Assembly (NCBI GenBank): GCA_964016885.1
Contig: OZ024743.1
Coordinates: 253,704,001 to 253,768,000, forward strand
Length of the DNA stretch: 64,000 bases
Origin: Eledone cirrhosa
Taxonomy: Eukaryota
Reading direction: 5' to 3'
Numbering within the stretch: position 1 is the first letter of the stretch; each line of letters begins with the position of its first letter. The notes beneath the pieces were generated by a model. The model was not told the origin of the DNA and did not search any database. It saw only the letters and a program-made list of their open reading frames with translations. Positions 44,375-55,789 of this stretch are shown piece after piece. Both the position numbers and the translations under genes were made by a program.

Positions 44375-44377
<3 letters not shown>

Positions 44378-46592
44378 AATGTGTTTTGGTACCCTTGAAA
44401 TATATATAATAAAATAAATATGGTTTTATAAATATAGTTTCCATTTATTTAATATCATTGGTACGCTTTCCTCAGATAAAATACAAAGTTTGTTTTATAA
44501 ATAGAGACATACCCATGAAAATCATACCTTATCGGTTGGATATTTCCTGGATAGTGGATATGCAAATGAATATGTAAATAATTGCAAAACAATCGTTTAT
44601 TTAAACGACTATGGAGAGAGAGAAGGATAAAATAGTGCGAGAGAGAGAAGAAAGAAAAAAAGGGAAGTTGAATAAAAACTCATATAACGTTAATTAGAGG
44701 GAAATATATTGTAAGTATATATCTTAATAGTACGTGTATTTACGATTATTAGTTTTTAAAATGTGTTTATAATATATTTTTCTTCTGTTATAAGTAGATA
44801 AATAAATAAATTTATAAATACATAAATAGATAGGTATATCATGTTATAGATAATTATTCTAATGAGTTATGAGGGATATTGGTTTTGTATTTTATGTAAA
44901 TAAATATTAAGTTAAATTAAATTAAATTAACTGAGTTAAGAAGAATATTTATAGGTATATGATTGAAACATTGGAAATCGGAAGATACGGAGAAAACTCC
45001 GGTTTAATTTATTTCTTCGTTAGTTTGAAACTATTTAGTCAAAATAAGTATAGATGTTGAAGATACATTTAGCCATAATCAGTTAGTGGTTATAAATTTA
45101 TTGAAAAAATATTGAAAAGGTATTGAGAAAGTATTGAAAAAAATATTGAAAAAATATTGAAAGAATATTGAAAAATTTGAGAAAAGTTGTTTTTAAAAAT
45201 AATTTATAAGAGATAAGTGATTTAAAAAATTAAAAATTATTAAAATAAAAATGTTATAAAATTAGAATTATACACATTATATACATTATTCATTTTATGA
45301 AACTTTAAGAAGCGGAATTACAGAAAATGTTATAGATATTATGATTTAGAGATATCAATATATTAAAACCAAGTGGATGAGATGGTTATGGAAATTAGTA
45401 GGAATATTATAAGTATAATTATAAGTTATATATAGTTCTGAATGTTGAAATCTGGCGATGTCTACAACAATTAAATAAATTCGTTCTTAGATTAATAGAG
45501 TTTTTACATTTAAGTATGTAAAACATTTCCTCAATACATAATTTTCAGAATCTAGATACAGCTGTGTTTTGGTACGCGGGTGCTTTAGAAACTGTTTCCC
45601 AAGCTAATGAATAGTCCATATTCTTGCATTTTAAGTTCCATATCAGGTTTGAAAGAGAAGTTGAAGATTTGTTATCAAATGTTCGGAAAGAACAATTGTG
45701 ACTTTTAAATTCTGTAGAAGTTGCACCGACATAGTTAAATATATTATCACTAGTTTTAACTGTGCATTTATAGACCACGTTTTTATCTAAATACTTATTT
45801 TGTAAAGGACAGTTTGATTTAATTCTAGAGTTACATTTTGCGGAGTTGTTGTTGTTCGGAACGGTACTATTATGTTGGATATTGCTAGAGATATTACTGC
45901 TATTTTGGTTATTTTGGTTAGGGTTTAAATTTCTATTATTTATTATATTTATATGTTGTGCTATGTTCATAGTAGTAGAGTAGGATAGTTTTATAGTATG
46001 TCTGTTAAAGATTGAGTGGTATCTGTGGGCTTTAGGAAATAATTTATCAAGTGCTTTAAAGAATAGCTTTGCTAAAAGTGTTTTTATGCTTAATGAGAAT
46101 GGGGGTGAGTACCAAATAATATTTCTAGTTCTAGTTCTTTTGTTAGTTTTAGAGTTTAAGTTAATTTTATTATTATTATTACAATTAATAGTAGGGTGAT
46201 TTGCCTTATTACTGTTGTCGATGTATTTAATCTTATTTGTATACACTACTCTATTTAAAGCTTCATTATAATATTTCAGCATTATCGTCAATATTGTTTT
46301 TATTAGCGGAGATGAGTGAAATCCGTTGTTGAACAGAATTGACAATAGTGTTCTTGATAGAGTAGGATGATTAGAGTTAAAACTTACATAGTTTAGATTC
46401 TCATTAATTTTATGGAATGGATAGTAGAGCCCTGTGTAAAGGTTTAATATTACGTCTAAAAAGTTAACAATTTTATAGTTATTCTCTATTTAATATCATT
46501 GAATATTTACTCCAGTTACCAGTTGAGTGCTCTAAATCAGTTATAAACATTTATATTTATCGGACTTCCAACAAATTAAATACCCCTTCTAC
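44375..46592 (-). mobile_element. 5'-truncated Penelope-like element (RT C-terminal end, linker, GIY-YIG, AT-rich 3' UTR, family E pLTR pieces)
   Basis: 46488-46360 (-) reads IENNYKIVNFLDVILNLYTGLYYPFHKINENLNYVSFNSNHP. ORF 45545..46345 has RNIIWYSPPFS..FPKAHRYHSIFNRHTIKLSYS..CPL..NVVYKC..YVGAT. The ends match family E. Confidence 0.85.
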
Positions 46593-46742
46593 TTATATAT
46601 ATATCATAAAACCATGACAACCTCCAGCAGTTGACTGATGAGAAGAGAATGTACTGTGTATATTCCATTTTCCTGTTGTCTTCACCCACCATGTTTGATT
46701 CATTGCATGATCATAACAACACAGGACACGTTTCCAAATACA

Positions 46743-46850
<108 letters not shown>

Positions 46851-47199
46851 TGTGTGTATGTGTGTGTGTGTGTGTGAGAGAGAGAGAGTATATATATATA
46901 TATATATATTGAAGGCAGAATTCACTGAAATTTGCCACCAAACTTTCTAACAGCAAGTATGGATTTGCATTGATTTACAGGAAAACTGACCACCTACTCC
47001 AACAAAAAGAAAATAATTATAATATGACTAATAATAATAATTACAATTATTTGATTGAAGGAATAAATGGAAGAATGGTATAAGTAAATCATTGAAAAAT
47101 TCTATATTAGTATAGAATTTGGTTTTGTCCTAGAAATAATGAACAAAGTGGGACGTTATTTGGTTAAGCTGTCAGATTAAATATGTACAATTTAGTGTG

Positions 47200-47297
<98 letters not shown>

Positions 47298-47640
47298 TAT
47301 GCATATATAGCATATATATTTATATATATATATATATAAAGAAATTAAAATTTAGCTTTCACTCTAACATAGTAAATGCATAAATGTACTAGTGAGTTTT
47401 ATATCGAATTTATTATAATATTTGATTCATTTGCAAGCAAACAGCTTTATCACATTATGTTCTTTAGATGACTATTGTTATCTAATAATCATAAAGAGAT
47501 GTGGCTGTTTGCTTGCAAATGAATTGAATATTATTACCATTCAATATAGATTTAACCAAAGCACACACTCAATCACACATATATACACTCACTCACACAC
47601 ACATATGCATATCTTTATACATAAATACAACCTTAAATAT

Positions 47641-49251
47641 CTGGAAAAAGCCTTTGACAGAGTCCCCCGCTCCATTATCTGGTGGGCTCTTAGAAAACTA
47701 GGTGTAGATGAATGGCTTGTGAGAGCTATACAAGATATGTATAATAAAACAGTCAGTAAGGTTAGAATTAACAATGAATATTGTGAAGAATTTAGTGTAA
47801 AAGTTGCTGTTCACCAAGGCTCTGTCCTTAGCCCCCTGCTATTTATTATTGCCCTTCAGGCTATAAAATAGGAGTTCAAGACCGGCTGCCCATGGGAACT
47901 CCTATATGCAGATGATCTAACGCTCATAGCTGAATAAATGGCTGAACTAGAAAAGAAACATGGAAGCATAGCCTAGAATCAAAAGGCCTTAGAGTTAACT
48001 TGTCTATGACTAAAATCATAGTTTGTAGAAAGGAAAATAAGGCACAGGTACCCTCAGGGAAATGGCCTTGCTCAGTGTGTAGGAAAGGAGTAGGCAGAAA
48101 TTCAATTTTATGTCCCAAATGCAAAGTATGGGTACGTAAAAGATGTAGTGGGATCACAGGTAAACTATCTAAGAACGTAGACTTTATATGTGTCCGATGC
48201 TCAGGAGCAATAGGTAGCAAGTGTCCACAGGATACTAGCCCCTTCTATTGCCCAGATGGTTCTATAGAAATAGTAGACACTTTCGGTTACCTGGGTGACG
48301 AAATCAGCAGTGGTGGAGGGTGTTCTGTAAGTACAGTAGCCAGAGTCAGAACGGGATGGAAAAAGTTCAGAGAGCTTATACCACTGTTGGCCACAAAGGT
48401 TTCTCTCTAAAAATGAAAGGCAGATTGTATGATGCCTGTATACGAACAGCAATGCTACATGGCAGTGAGATATCGGCATCGCGTGCATAGGACCTGCGTA
48501 GACTGGAAAGGAACGAAGTATGCATGCTCCGTTGGATGTGTAAGAGTAATATACGTGAACGGCAAAGCATAAATGAACTAAGTGAGAAATGATGAATAAG
48601 AGGGATCAGATGCTGTTTACTCCAGAGAAGATTACGTTGGTATGGCCACGTGATGCGCATAAAAGACGACAGCTGTATAAAAAAGTACAGGGCGATCAAA
48701 ATTGATGGTAGTTACGGAGTAGGTAGACACAGAAGAACCTGGGACGATCTGATAAATTCCGCCCTTACACACTTGCACCTCTCTAAGCCAATGTCACAGG
48801 ACCGAGATCTTTGGTGCTACGCAGTAATACAGAATATCCGCCTTGCCTATGTACAAAGCGAAACCTACAGTCAGTAGCCACCTCTTAACCAAATATACAC
48901 CCCAACCCTATCCTCCATCTCTCACCAACACCACACCCTCTCTATAAAGTTGTTACAACAACATCCAGTCCAAATAAATAAGATAAATGAGATCGAGATC
49001 GTGTAGGTGTTAAGAGAAAGAAACACACAGTCCACGCTGTAATGTGGTCGTGTAGGTAACACGGTAAAAAGTTCCCAGTTCCACACTGTAAATGTGGTTG
49101 GTGTTAGGAAGGGCATCCAGCCATAGAAAACCTGCCAGAATGTCCTATATGAGCGAGACACTGTCACCCGACCAACCTTTCCTCAAGTGGGACAACTCCC
49201 GTCTAACACATTCTAGCGTAGAAAGTGGACTTTAAACGAGGATGATGATGA

Positions 49252-49252
<1 letters not shown>
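47641..49252 (+). mobile_element. 5'-truncated RTE-clade LINE with decayed RT
   Basis: LEKAFDRVPR..WWALRKLGV..HQGSVLSPLLF, LYADDL (47901-47919), PHD-like Cys cluster WPCSVCRKGVGRNSILCPKC, FGYLGD, RWYGHVMR; 3' UTR and (gat)n tail. Confidence 0.9.
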
Positions 49253-49329
<77 letters not shown>

Positions 49330-49482
49330 TAAGATGTATGGTAGGACGTATGTGAATCGCGATGATCACGTCTGACTTACCAAATATGTGACGGTAGCTA
49401 GTTAAGCTCTATGCGTATACGCAGAGCAGAAATATTAGTGAAAAAGAACAAAGGAACTATTATGACATTATAACAAGTTTAT

Positions 49483-49529
49483 TGCCGACAGCCGTTTCGT
49501 CCGACCCCATGGTGGGACTTATCAAGGCA
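49483..49529 (-). ncRNA. hammerhead ribozyme motif (U3-A8 variant) in the sense pLTR
   Basis: Exact reverse complement of 53815-53861. Confidence 0.75.
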
Positions 49530-50449
49530 TATAACATGTGATTGCAAGATCATTGTTTATATCAACGTATCACTCAAGGCTAGCAGTTTGAAATTGTTGT
49601 ATACATCAGCAACTCCGCTTTAAGGGGGGCTCTTTTATATTAGTTGTCGGGGTCAGGGATTGAAGTTTAAAAATTAGACAAAAATATATAATTCACGCAT
49701 CAACATTAAACCAAGAGACTTGGGGTCCCGCAGAAGTACCTCAGAAAATCCCTCAATGAGTGAATAAAGCTTACAGGCTCCAATACACCTATTAGTCTAG
49801 AAGAAAATTAAGAGGCTAATAAAATAAGAAAATAAAAATATAAAGTTTCCCTAAAAAATATATAGAGTTCCTATGAAATTTCTTCTAGAGAAAAAAAATT
49901 TTTCCGAAAGAAAAAAACCTTCTTCCCCCGAGATCACGTTTACAAAATTCAGAAAACTGAATTGAAAACTAGGTTGAAAGAAACTAATCAATTAGAGGTT
50001 AATACAGAGAGCCTTCCATAAATCTCTCAGAAAAGGCCCCTTTACTATTTCCAGTAGGAACTTCTTCCGAGAGACCCTTCGAAGAATTAAAATTTTAGAG
50101 AGCCTTTGAGGATAAATATAAAAACGAATTGAGGAAAATTATACATTAAAAGTTAAAAATAAAAAATTACGTTATTTGGGATATCCAAGGAATTTTCAAA
50201 GGGTTTCTTCAACAGATACAACTTAGGCATAATAGGTACAATAATCTAAGCAATTTAAGCAATTTAATTATGTAGCAATTCAAGGAGTTTATCAAGTTGG
50301 GCAAGTTTAAAGAATGTGGTAACTAAGAAAATACATAAGCAAAAAAACAATAATCATAAAATGTATCTTTAAGAAGGTACAAGGTAGCTTAAGTGATCTA
50401 ACCCCGCATTATCACAAAAAAACATTCCAAAATTATATATACAGGATTA

Positions 50450-50600
50450 AAAATTATTACAAAATCATTACAAAATTACCACAAAATCATTACAAAATTA
50501 TCAAATCATCACAAAATTACCACAAAATCATTACAAAACCATCAAATTATCATAAAATTATCGCAAAATTATTACAAAATTATCATAAAATTATTGCAAA
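50450..50600. repeat. 11-12-bp tandem repeat (AAAATYATYAC) inside the PLE 3' region
   Basis: Directly visible. Confidence 0.85.
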
Positions 50601-51934
50601 AATATAACAGGATGAACATTACTGGTGACCGTGTGGGCGCGATATCCATTCTGCCTATGCAGTCCCCTGCACAGCTCCAGGCACGATATCCACTAGGCGT
50701 AAGCAGTCATCTGCCTAGCTCCAGGCGCAGCTGGTCATGTTTAAACGTTCATAGATCACCTGGGGTTCACTATTATCTGCGTGGACTCTCTGGGAGATGT
50801 ACCTGTGGATCTAATAGCCAGTGGTTGCCGGATGTGGTCCGTTCGATCCTTTATTTTCAGGGGTTGAACGCTTTCGCGATAGAAGAGCCTGCTGGTTCTA
50901 AGTCCAAGGTTTCGCCACGCATGATGTATTGGTCCACATGCTATATCGTTAAAAAACCAGTGTGGATTTGACTGGGGTGGTATATTACGAACTCCAAGTC
51001 CGCACGCGACTGGTCAAAAGCGAAGGGCTGTCCTCTCTTTGTTTGCTGTATGGGTCGTTCTCAGCTTAGATGGTGGTCGTGTTATCCATATTCCGTCAGC
51101 CCTGTATATTGAAGACAGATCAGGGTATGTATTTGCGGGTATGGTCCTGCGTCTACGTTATCCAGAGGGTCTCGCTTGTGGTATTTTCAAGTTCGCATGT
51201 CATCTCCCGGTTAAGACTGCGCATGCTTCGGTGAATCTCAAGCATGGAATCTTAGGGTATCATATTACACGGGGTGACCAGCAGAAAATATACATTCTAT
51301 GCTATCGCGCACGCGCTGGCCTGTGGCTACGACCGTGTCCAATCTCGGGTAGTAGCAGACAGCAGGTAGACCAGCTATACACACCCCTGATCAAGGGGCA
51401 AAACCCCTAACTTATCGAGTGGTCAGACTTCAAGGGAGTCAACTCTCCAAGCCCATTATGTCAACCGTGGTGAAATACAAAAAAAATCCTATTAGTAAAG
51501 AACTAATCACTGATAATAAAGAACCAGCTCAAAAGAATGGGGGGGGCATCTATTTGTGCGGGGGTTTACTAGGGGAGGGGGTGGGGTGAGTTGCTATAGG
51601 CAGGGAGCGGCCGCCATATTGGGTGTTTTGTTACTGTTTCCCTAGGCAGTTCTCGAGTTTGTTGACATACATCTCCGACGGCACCCTCTCAGATTAGTCA
51701 ACGTGGTTCCAGGCCCTCACGATGTCCTGCATCGCAGGCATCAGCTGCCCCCCGGTTGCCCAGCAACAGTGTTGCCACCAATCCCAGGTTGGCAATTGGG
51801 ACACAGGGTCGTCTGTTCCTCACCAGAGTCCCCATCGCCAATCGGGGAGCCGAGGCATCCATGCGGCCGGGGTTACCACAGAGCACCCTGTACGCCAGCG
51901 GGGCCGCCAAGTGCAGGACTGGGTGGTGCCATGG

Positions 51935-53047
51935 CTATGTGTCCGGTCTAAAGAAAAAGAAAGAGCTAAGTATTGTATGGGGGCAGGACGAGAAGATTTC
52001 TGATCTCCTGTTGAGCAAGTTGAGCCCTGAGAATACTATGGCATGAGATTCAGATAGGCACAGGCTACAACACCTGCTCAACGAGCTATATGGAGGAGCT
52101 TTAGTAAGGCATCTCCAGCTGAGTGTGTAGGGGGTTTTTGTTTGTTTTAAGCTATGTATATGCCCCGCTAACGACGTGGTATTTTTAAGCTTCTCATATC
52201 GGAAGCTATGCTGGTGGGCGTTGAACCTCGTCTTGAACTCATTAGCGGTTGATCCTACGTACGTCTTAGTATACGTGCCTGTGGTTACGTTACAAGCATA
52301 TACCACGTTCCTGATAAGGCAGTGTCCAGCTAGTGGGCATTTGTCCTTCTTTCTGCAATTACACTCTTTAGTAGGGACATGCCCCTCAATCAGGGGTGCA
52401 TGTCCCTCCAAGCGGCCGCGGGGCTGCCTAGTGGGACCGGTTCTATTGCCTAATATCCCCCTGGGTCTTTCACTCAGTGGGTTGGTCCCGTGTTGTCGTG
52501 TGTGCTGGCGTGGTTCACTATTTCGGATGGCCTTAAGTCCCTCTTTGATCTTACTCTTATTGGTCTTAGCTAGGTGTGAGGCCAGATTAGGGGTTGTAGA
52601 GTACGATAGCTTGAGAGTATTCTTATTGATGACACTACCGTACCTACTACCCGGGGGGAAGTTCTTATCTATTAAAGAGAAAAAAGATTTGGGGAGGTCT
52701 GTAGTAACATTAGAGTTGAAGGGCGGGTTAAAGAAGGTACTATCACGTCTTCTATTCCTTCCACTGCATTTCCTATCCCCTATGCAGTTTGTCCTCTCTT
52801 CGTCTATATTATCACTGGTTCTACCAGGTGTGGTTGCTGTACACCCAGTGGTATGTGCGTTGGTCTCAAGTCTCCTAGGCCTCTGTCCCCCGTTTTCACT
52901 GTTGGACTTGCTCGGGGCGGCATAGCGTTTACCAGGTGTGCGGGCCCTGTCCGTGTCTGCGTTGCGAGTGTTGCTGTTCTTATCTAACTTCCTATTGTCC
53001 CTATTCGTCTTTCTAGCTCTCCCTCCACTTTCTTTAAACTTGCCCAA
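51935..53047 (-). CDS. GIY-YIG endonuclease domain of a Penelope-like retroelement (5'-truncated, no RT)
   Basis: FFNPPFNSNV..FPPGSRYGSVINKNTLKLSYS..CNCRKKDKCPLAGHC..NVVYAC..YVGST..FKTRFNAH..W..Y..CSLCLSE..LNRRSEIFSSCPH. The annotated start lies within the inverted repeat, so it is an artefact of truncation. Confidence 0.85.
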   Translation of the reverse strand: MGKFKESGGRARKTNRDNRKLDKNSNTRNADTDRARTPGKRYAAPSKSNSENGGQRPRRLETNAHTTGCTATTPGRTSDNIDEERTNCIGDRKCSGRNRRRDSTFFNPPFNSNVTTDLPKSFFSLIDKNFPPGSRYGSVINKNTLKLSYSTTPNLASHLAKTNKSKIKEGLKAIRNSEPRQHTRQHGTNPLSERPRGILGNRTGPTRQPRGRLEGHAPLIEGHVPTKECNCRKKDKCPLAGHCLIRNVVYACNVTTGTYTKTYVGSTANEFKTRFNAHQHSFRYEKLKNTTSLAGHIHSLKQTKTPYTLSWRCLTKAPPYSSLSRCCSLCLSESHAIVFSGLNLLNRRSEIFSSCPHTILSSFFFFRPDT

Positions 53048-53814
53048 CTTGATAAACTCCTTGAATTGCTACATAATTAAATTGCTTAAATTGCTTAGAT
53101 TATTGTACCTATTATGCCTAAGTTGTATCTGTTGAAGAAGCCCTTTGAAAATTCCTCGGATATCCCAAATACCGTAATTTTTAATTTTTAACTTTTAATG
53201 TATAATTTTCCTCAATTCGTTTTTATATTTATCCTCAAAGGCCCTCTAAAATTTTAATTCTTCGAAGGGTCTCTCGGAAGAAGTTCCTACTGGAAATAGT
53301 AAAGGGGCCTTTTCTGAGAGATTTATGGAAGGCTCTCTGTATTAACCTCTAATTGATTAGTTTCTTTCAACCTAGTTTTCAATTCAGTTTTCTGAATTTT
53401 GTAAACGTGATCTCGGGGGAAGAAGGTTTTTTTCTTTCGGAAAAATTTTTTTTCTCTAGAAGAAATTTCATAGGAACTCTATATATTTTTTAGGGAAACT
53501 TTATATTTTTATTTTCTTATTTTATTAGCCTCTTAATTTTCTTCTAGACTAATAGGTGTATTGGAGCCTGTAAGCTTTATTCACTCATTGAGGGATTTTC
53601 TGAGGTACTTCTGCGGGACCCCAAGTCTCTTGGTTTAATGTTGATGCGTGAATTATATATTTTTGTCTAATTTTTAAACTTCAATCCCTGACCCCGACAA
53701 CTAATATAAAAGAGCCCCCCTTAAAGCGGAGTTGCTGATGTATACAACAATTTCAAACTGCTAGCCTTGAGTGATACGTTGATGTAAACAATGATCTTGC
53801 AATCACATGTTATA

Positions 53815-53861
53815 TGCCTTGATAAGTCCCACCATGGGGTCGGACGAAACGGCTGTCGGCA
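53815..53861 (+). ncRNA. minimal type I hammerhead ribozyme motif with U3-A8 covariant core
   Basis: tgcc-TTGATAA-gtcc-caccatggggtc-ggac-GAAAC-ggct-GTC-ggca: stem I tgcc/ggca, stem II gtcc/ggac, GUC cleavage triplet. Confidence 0.75.
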
Positions 53862-53929
53862 ATAAACTTGTTATAATGTCATAATAGTTCCTTTGTTCTT
53901 TTTCACATATATATATATATATATATATA

Positions 53930-54895
53930 TTTAATACGTTAACAGAGAAAGCTTTAAGCTATACTCTGACTGGCTTCCATCTCACTCAACAAACATTAGG
54001 ATATACCTTAGTATAATCCCAATTTTACGTTTGGGGTGCTAACTATATGTATTTTGCGGATAGTCAGTTGTATTATTTTATATGAGACATAATTAAAATA
54101 TATCTCCCTTTCCAAACAATTGTTTCATTATAAGTTTTCTACAAATTGGTAAAAATGTGTCAAGGTTATGTAGAAGCCTGCACATATTCCGTAGGAATAT
54201 ATGCAGGTGGGCACTTATAAATCATCAGTGGATGCCCGTCAAACATCGATATAAAAAAACTTTCTTTCCGATATCCAATCTAATGTTAGCGATGGTCCCT
54301 CTCCGTATCAGAATGACCGCCAAATTTGAAATTCCAGCAGTCTCAGAATAAGAAATTTCACACTGTCATCAAGAGGAAAGGGGAGGTCATCGCGAAACAT
54401 TAGAAAGTAAAATAATATACACACGGGTCAATTAATTTTTTCAATAATTTTAACCTTGCGTGTGAAGAACTCAATTAGATTTTTTAAAAATAAATATATG
54501 CATGTATTATTTATACACGCATATAGGTATTTTCTTAGGCTAAAAACAGAGATATGATACCAGAATAACAATCAATATTTCATAGTAATAATAAATACGG
54601 AAAGTTACACTTAAAAGGTATCTGGAAATATTCATCTCTGGCCAAATCAAGAGTATAATATTTAATACGTTAACAGAGAAAGCTTTAAGCTATACTCTGA
54701 CTGGCTTCCATCTCACTCAACAAATATTAGGATATACCTTTGTATAATCCCAATTTTACGTTTGGGGTGCTAACTATATGTATTTTGCGGAGTTGTATTA
54801 TTAGCCAGTTGTATTATTTTATATGAGACATAGTTAAAATATATCTCCCTTTCCAAACAATTGTTTCATTATAAATTTTCTACAAGTTGGGAAAA

Positions 54896-54899
<4 letters not shown>
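53930..54899. mobile_element. element with ~230-bp direct terminal repeats in (TA)n (partial tandem)
   Basis: 53930-54157 is repeated at 54661-54899 (ttaatacgttaacagagaaagctttaagc...ccaaacaattgtttcattataa); unique spacer of ~500 bp. Confidence 0.8.
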
Positions 54900-54956
<57 letters not shown>

Positions 54957-54958
<2 letters not shown>

Positions 54959-55422
54959 TGTATATATAGTGTATTTGGTAATACACTGTATGCTTAATTA
55001 AACGCATTTTTGAAGACCTTACGCTACTCTCTTAAAGTATTGACTATGTCACTTACTTTTTTTTTCAACAAACAAAGGGAGATAAGCTGACAGATCTCTG
55101 TTTCATATTGTTGGTATTCCTCAGAGCACCAATTCTAATTTTCAAATTTTGCTGGACCGACAACCGCTTGGTATAATTAGTTCCTGATTATTACTGGAAT
55201 ACTATAAGAATCCAACATTCATAATCTTTCAACAGACAAGGGGAGTGCTAAGCTCTGAGGAATACCAACAGTATGAAACAGAGGTCTGTCAGCTTATCTC
55301 CCTTTGTTTGTTGAAAACAGAAGTAAGTGACATAGTCCCTACCTTAAAACAATAGCTTAAGGTCTTCAAAAATGCTTTTAATTAAGCATACAGTTTATTA
55401 CCAAATACACTATATATACATT
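54957..55422. mobile_element. fold-back insert with ~170-bp arms and a hammerhead in each arm (family G)
   Basis: 54957-55127 is the reverse complement of ~55252-55422; spacer ~125 bp; TA-flanked. Confidence 0.85.
55249..55296 (+). ncRNA. canonical type I hammerhead ribozyme
   Basis: taagct-CTGAGGA-atac-caaca-gtat-GAAAC-aga-gg-tct-GTC-agctta: all core nucleotides present and all three stems paired. Antisense sister at 55083-55127. Confidence 0.88.
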
Positions 55423-55455
55423 CATATATATATCGCTATTTCAAAGCACCAATTC

Positions 55456-55504
<49 letters not shown>

Positions 55505-55506
<2 letters not shown>

Positions 55507-55695
55507 CGAAGGAAATGTGGCAAGGAACCAGGTGGACCATAATGCACCAAAGTACTCAATACTTAGGGTAGTAGAGTGGGTAATAGGAACGAGTAGGACC
55601 CCGACGGCCGAGCTCAAGCCGTTTCGACGGCTAATTCTGTGTCCAGAATTAGCCGTCGAAACGGCTTGAGCTCAGCCGTCGGGGTCCTACTCGTT

Positions 55696-55699
<4 letters not shown>
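55505..55699. mobile_element. fold-back insert, family F
   Basis: ataggaacgagtaggaccccgacggc.gagctcaagccgtttcgacggctaattctg-tgtc-cagaattagccgtcgaaacggcttgagctcagccgtcggggtcctactcgttcctat; tail 55505-55581. Confidence 0.85.

Positions 55700-55789
<90 letters not shown>

Larger units (their letters stand above)
49330..53906 (-). mobile_element. 5'-truncated Penelope-like element bounded by ~877-bp inverted repeats plus a 3' tail, inserted in (TA)n
   Basis: 49438-50314 is the near-perfect reverse complement of 53030-53906; unique tail 49330-49437; GIY-YIG ORF between the arms; (TA)n on both flanks. Confidence 0.9.

Noticed and set aside
52176-52925. 249-aa plus-strand ORF
   Set aside because: Antisense shadow of the GIY-YIG ORF.
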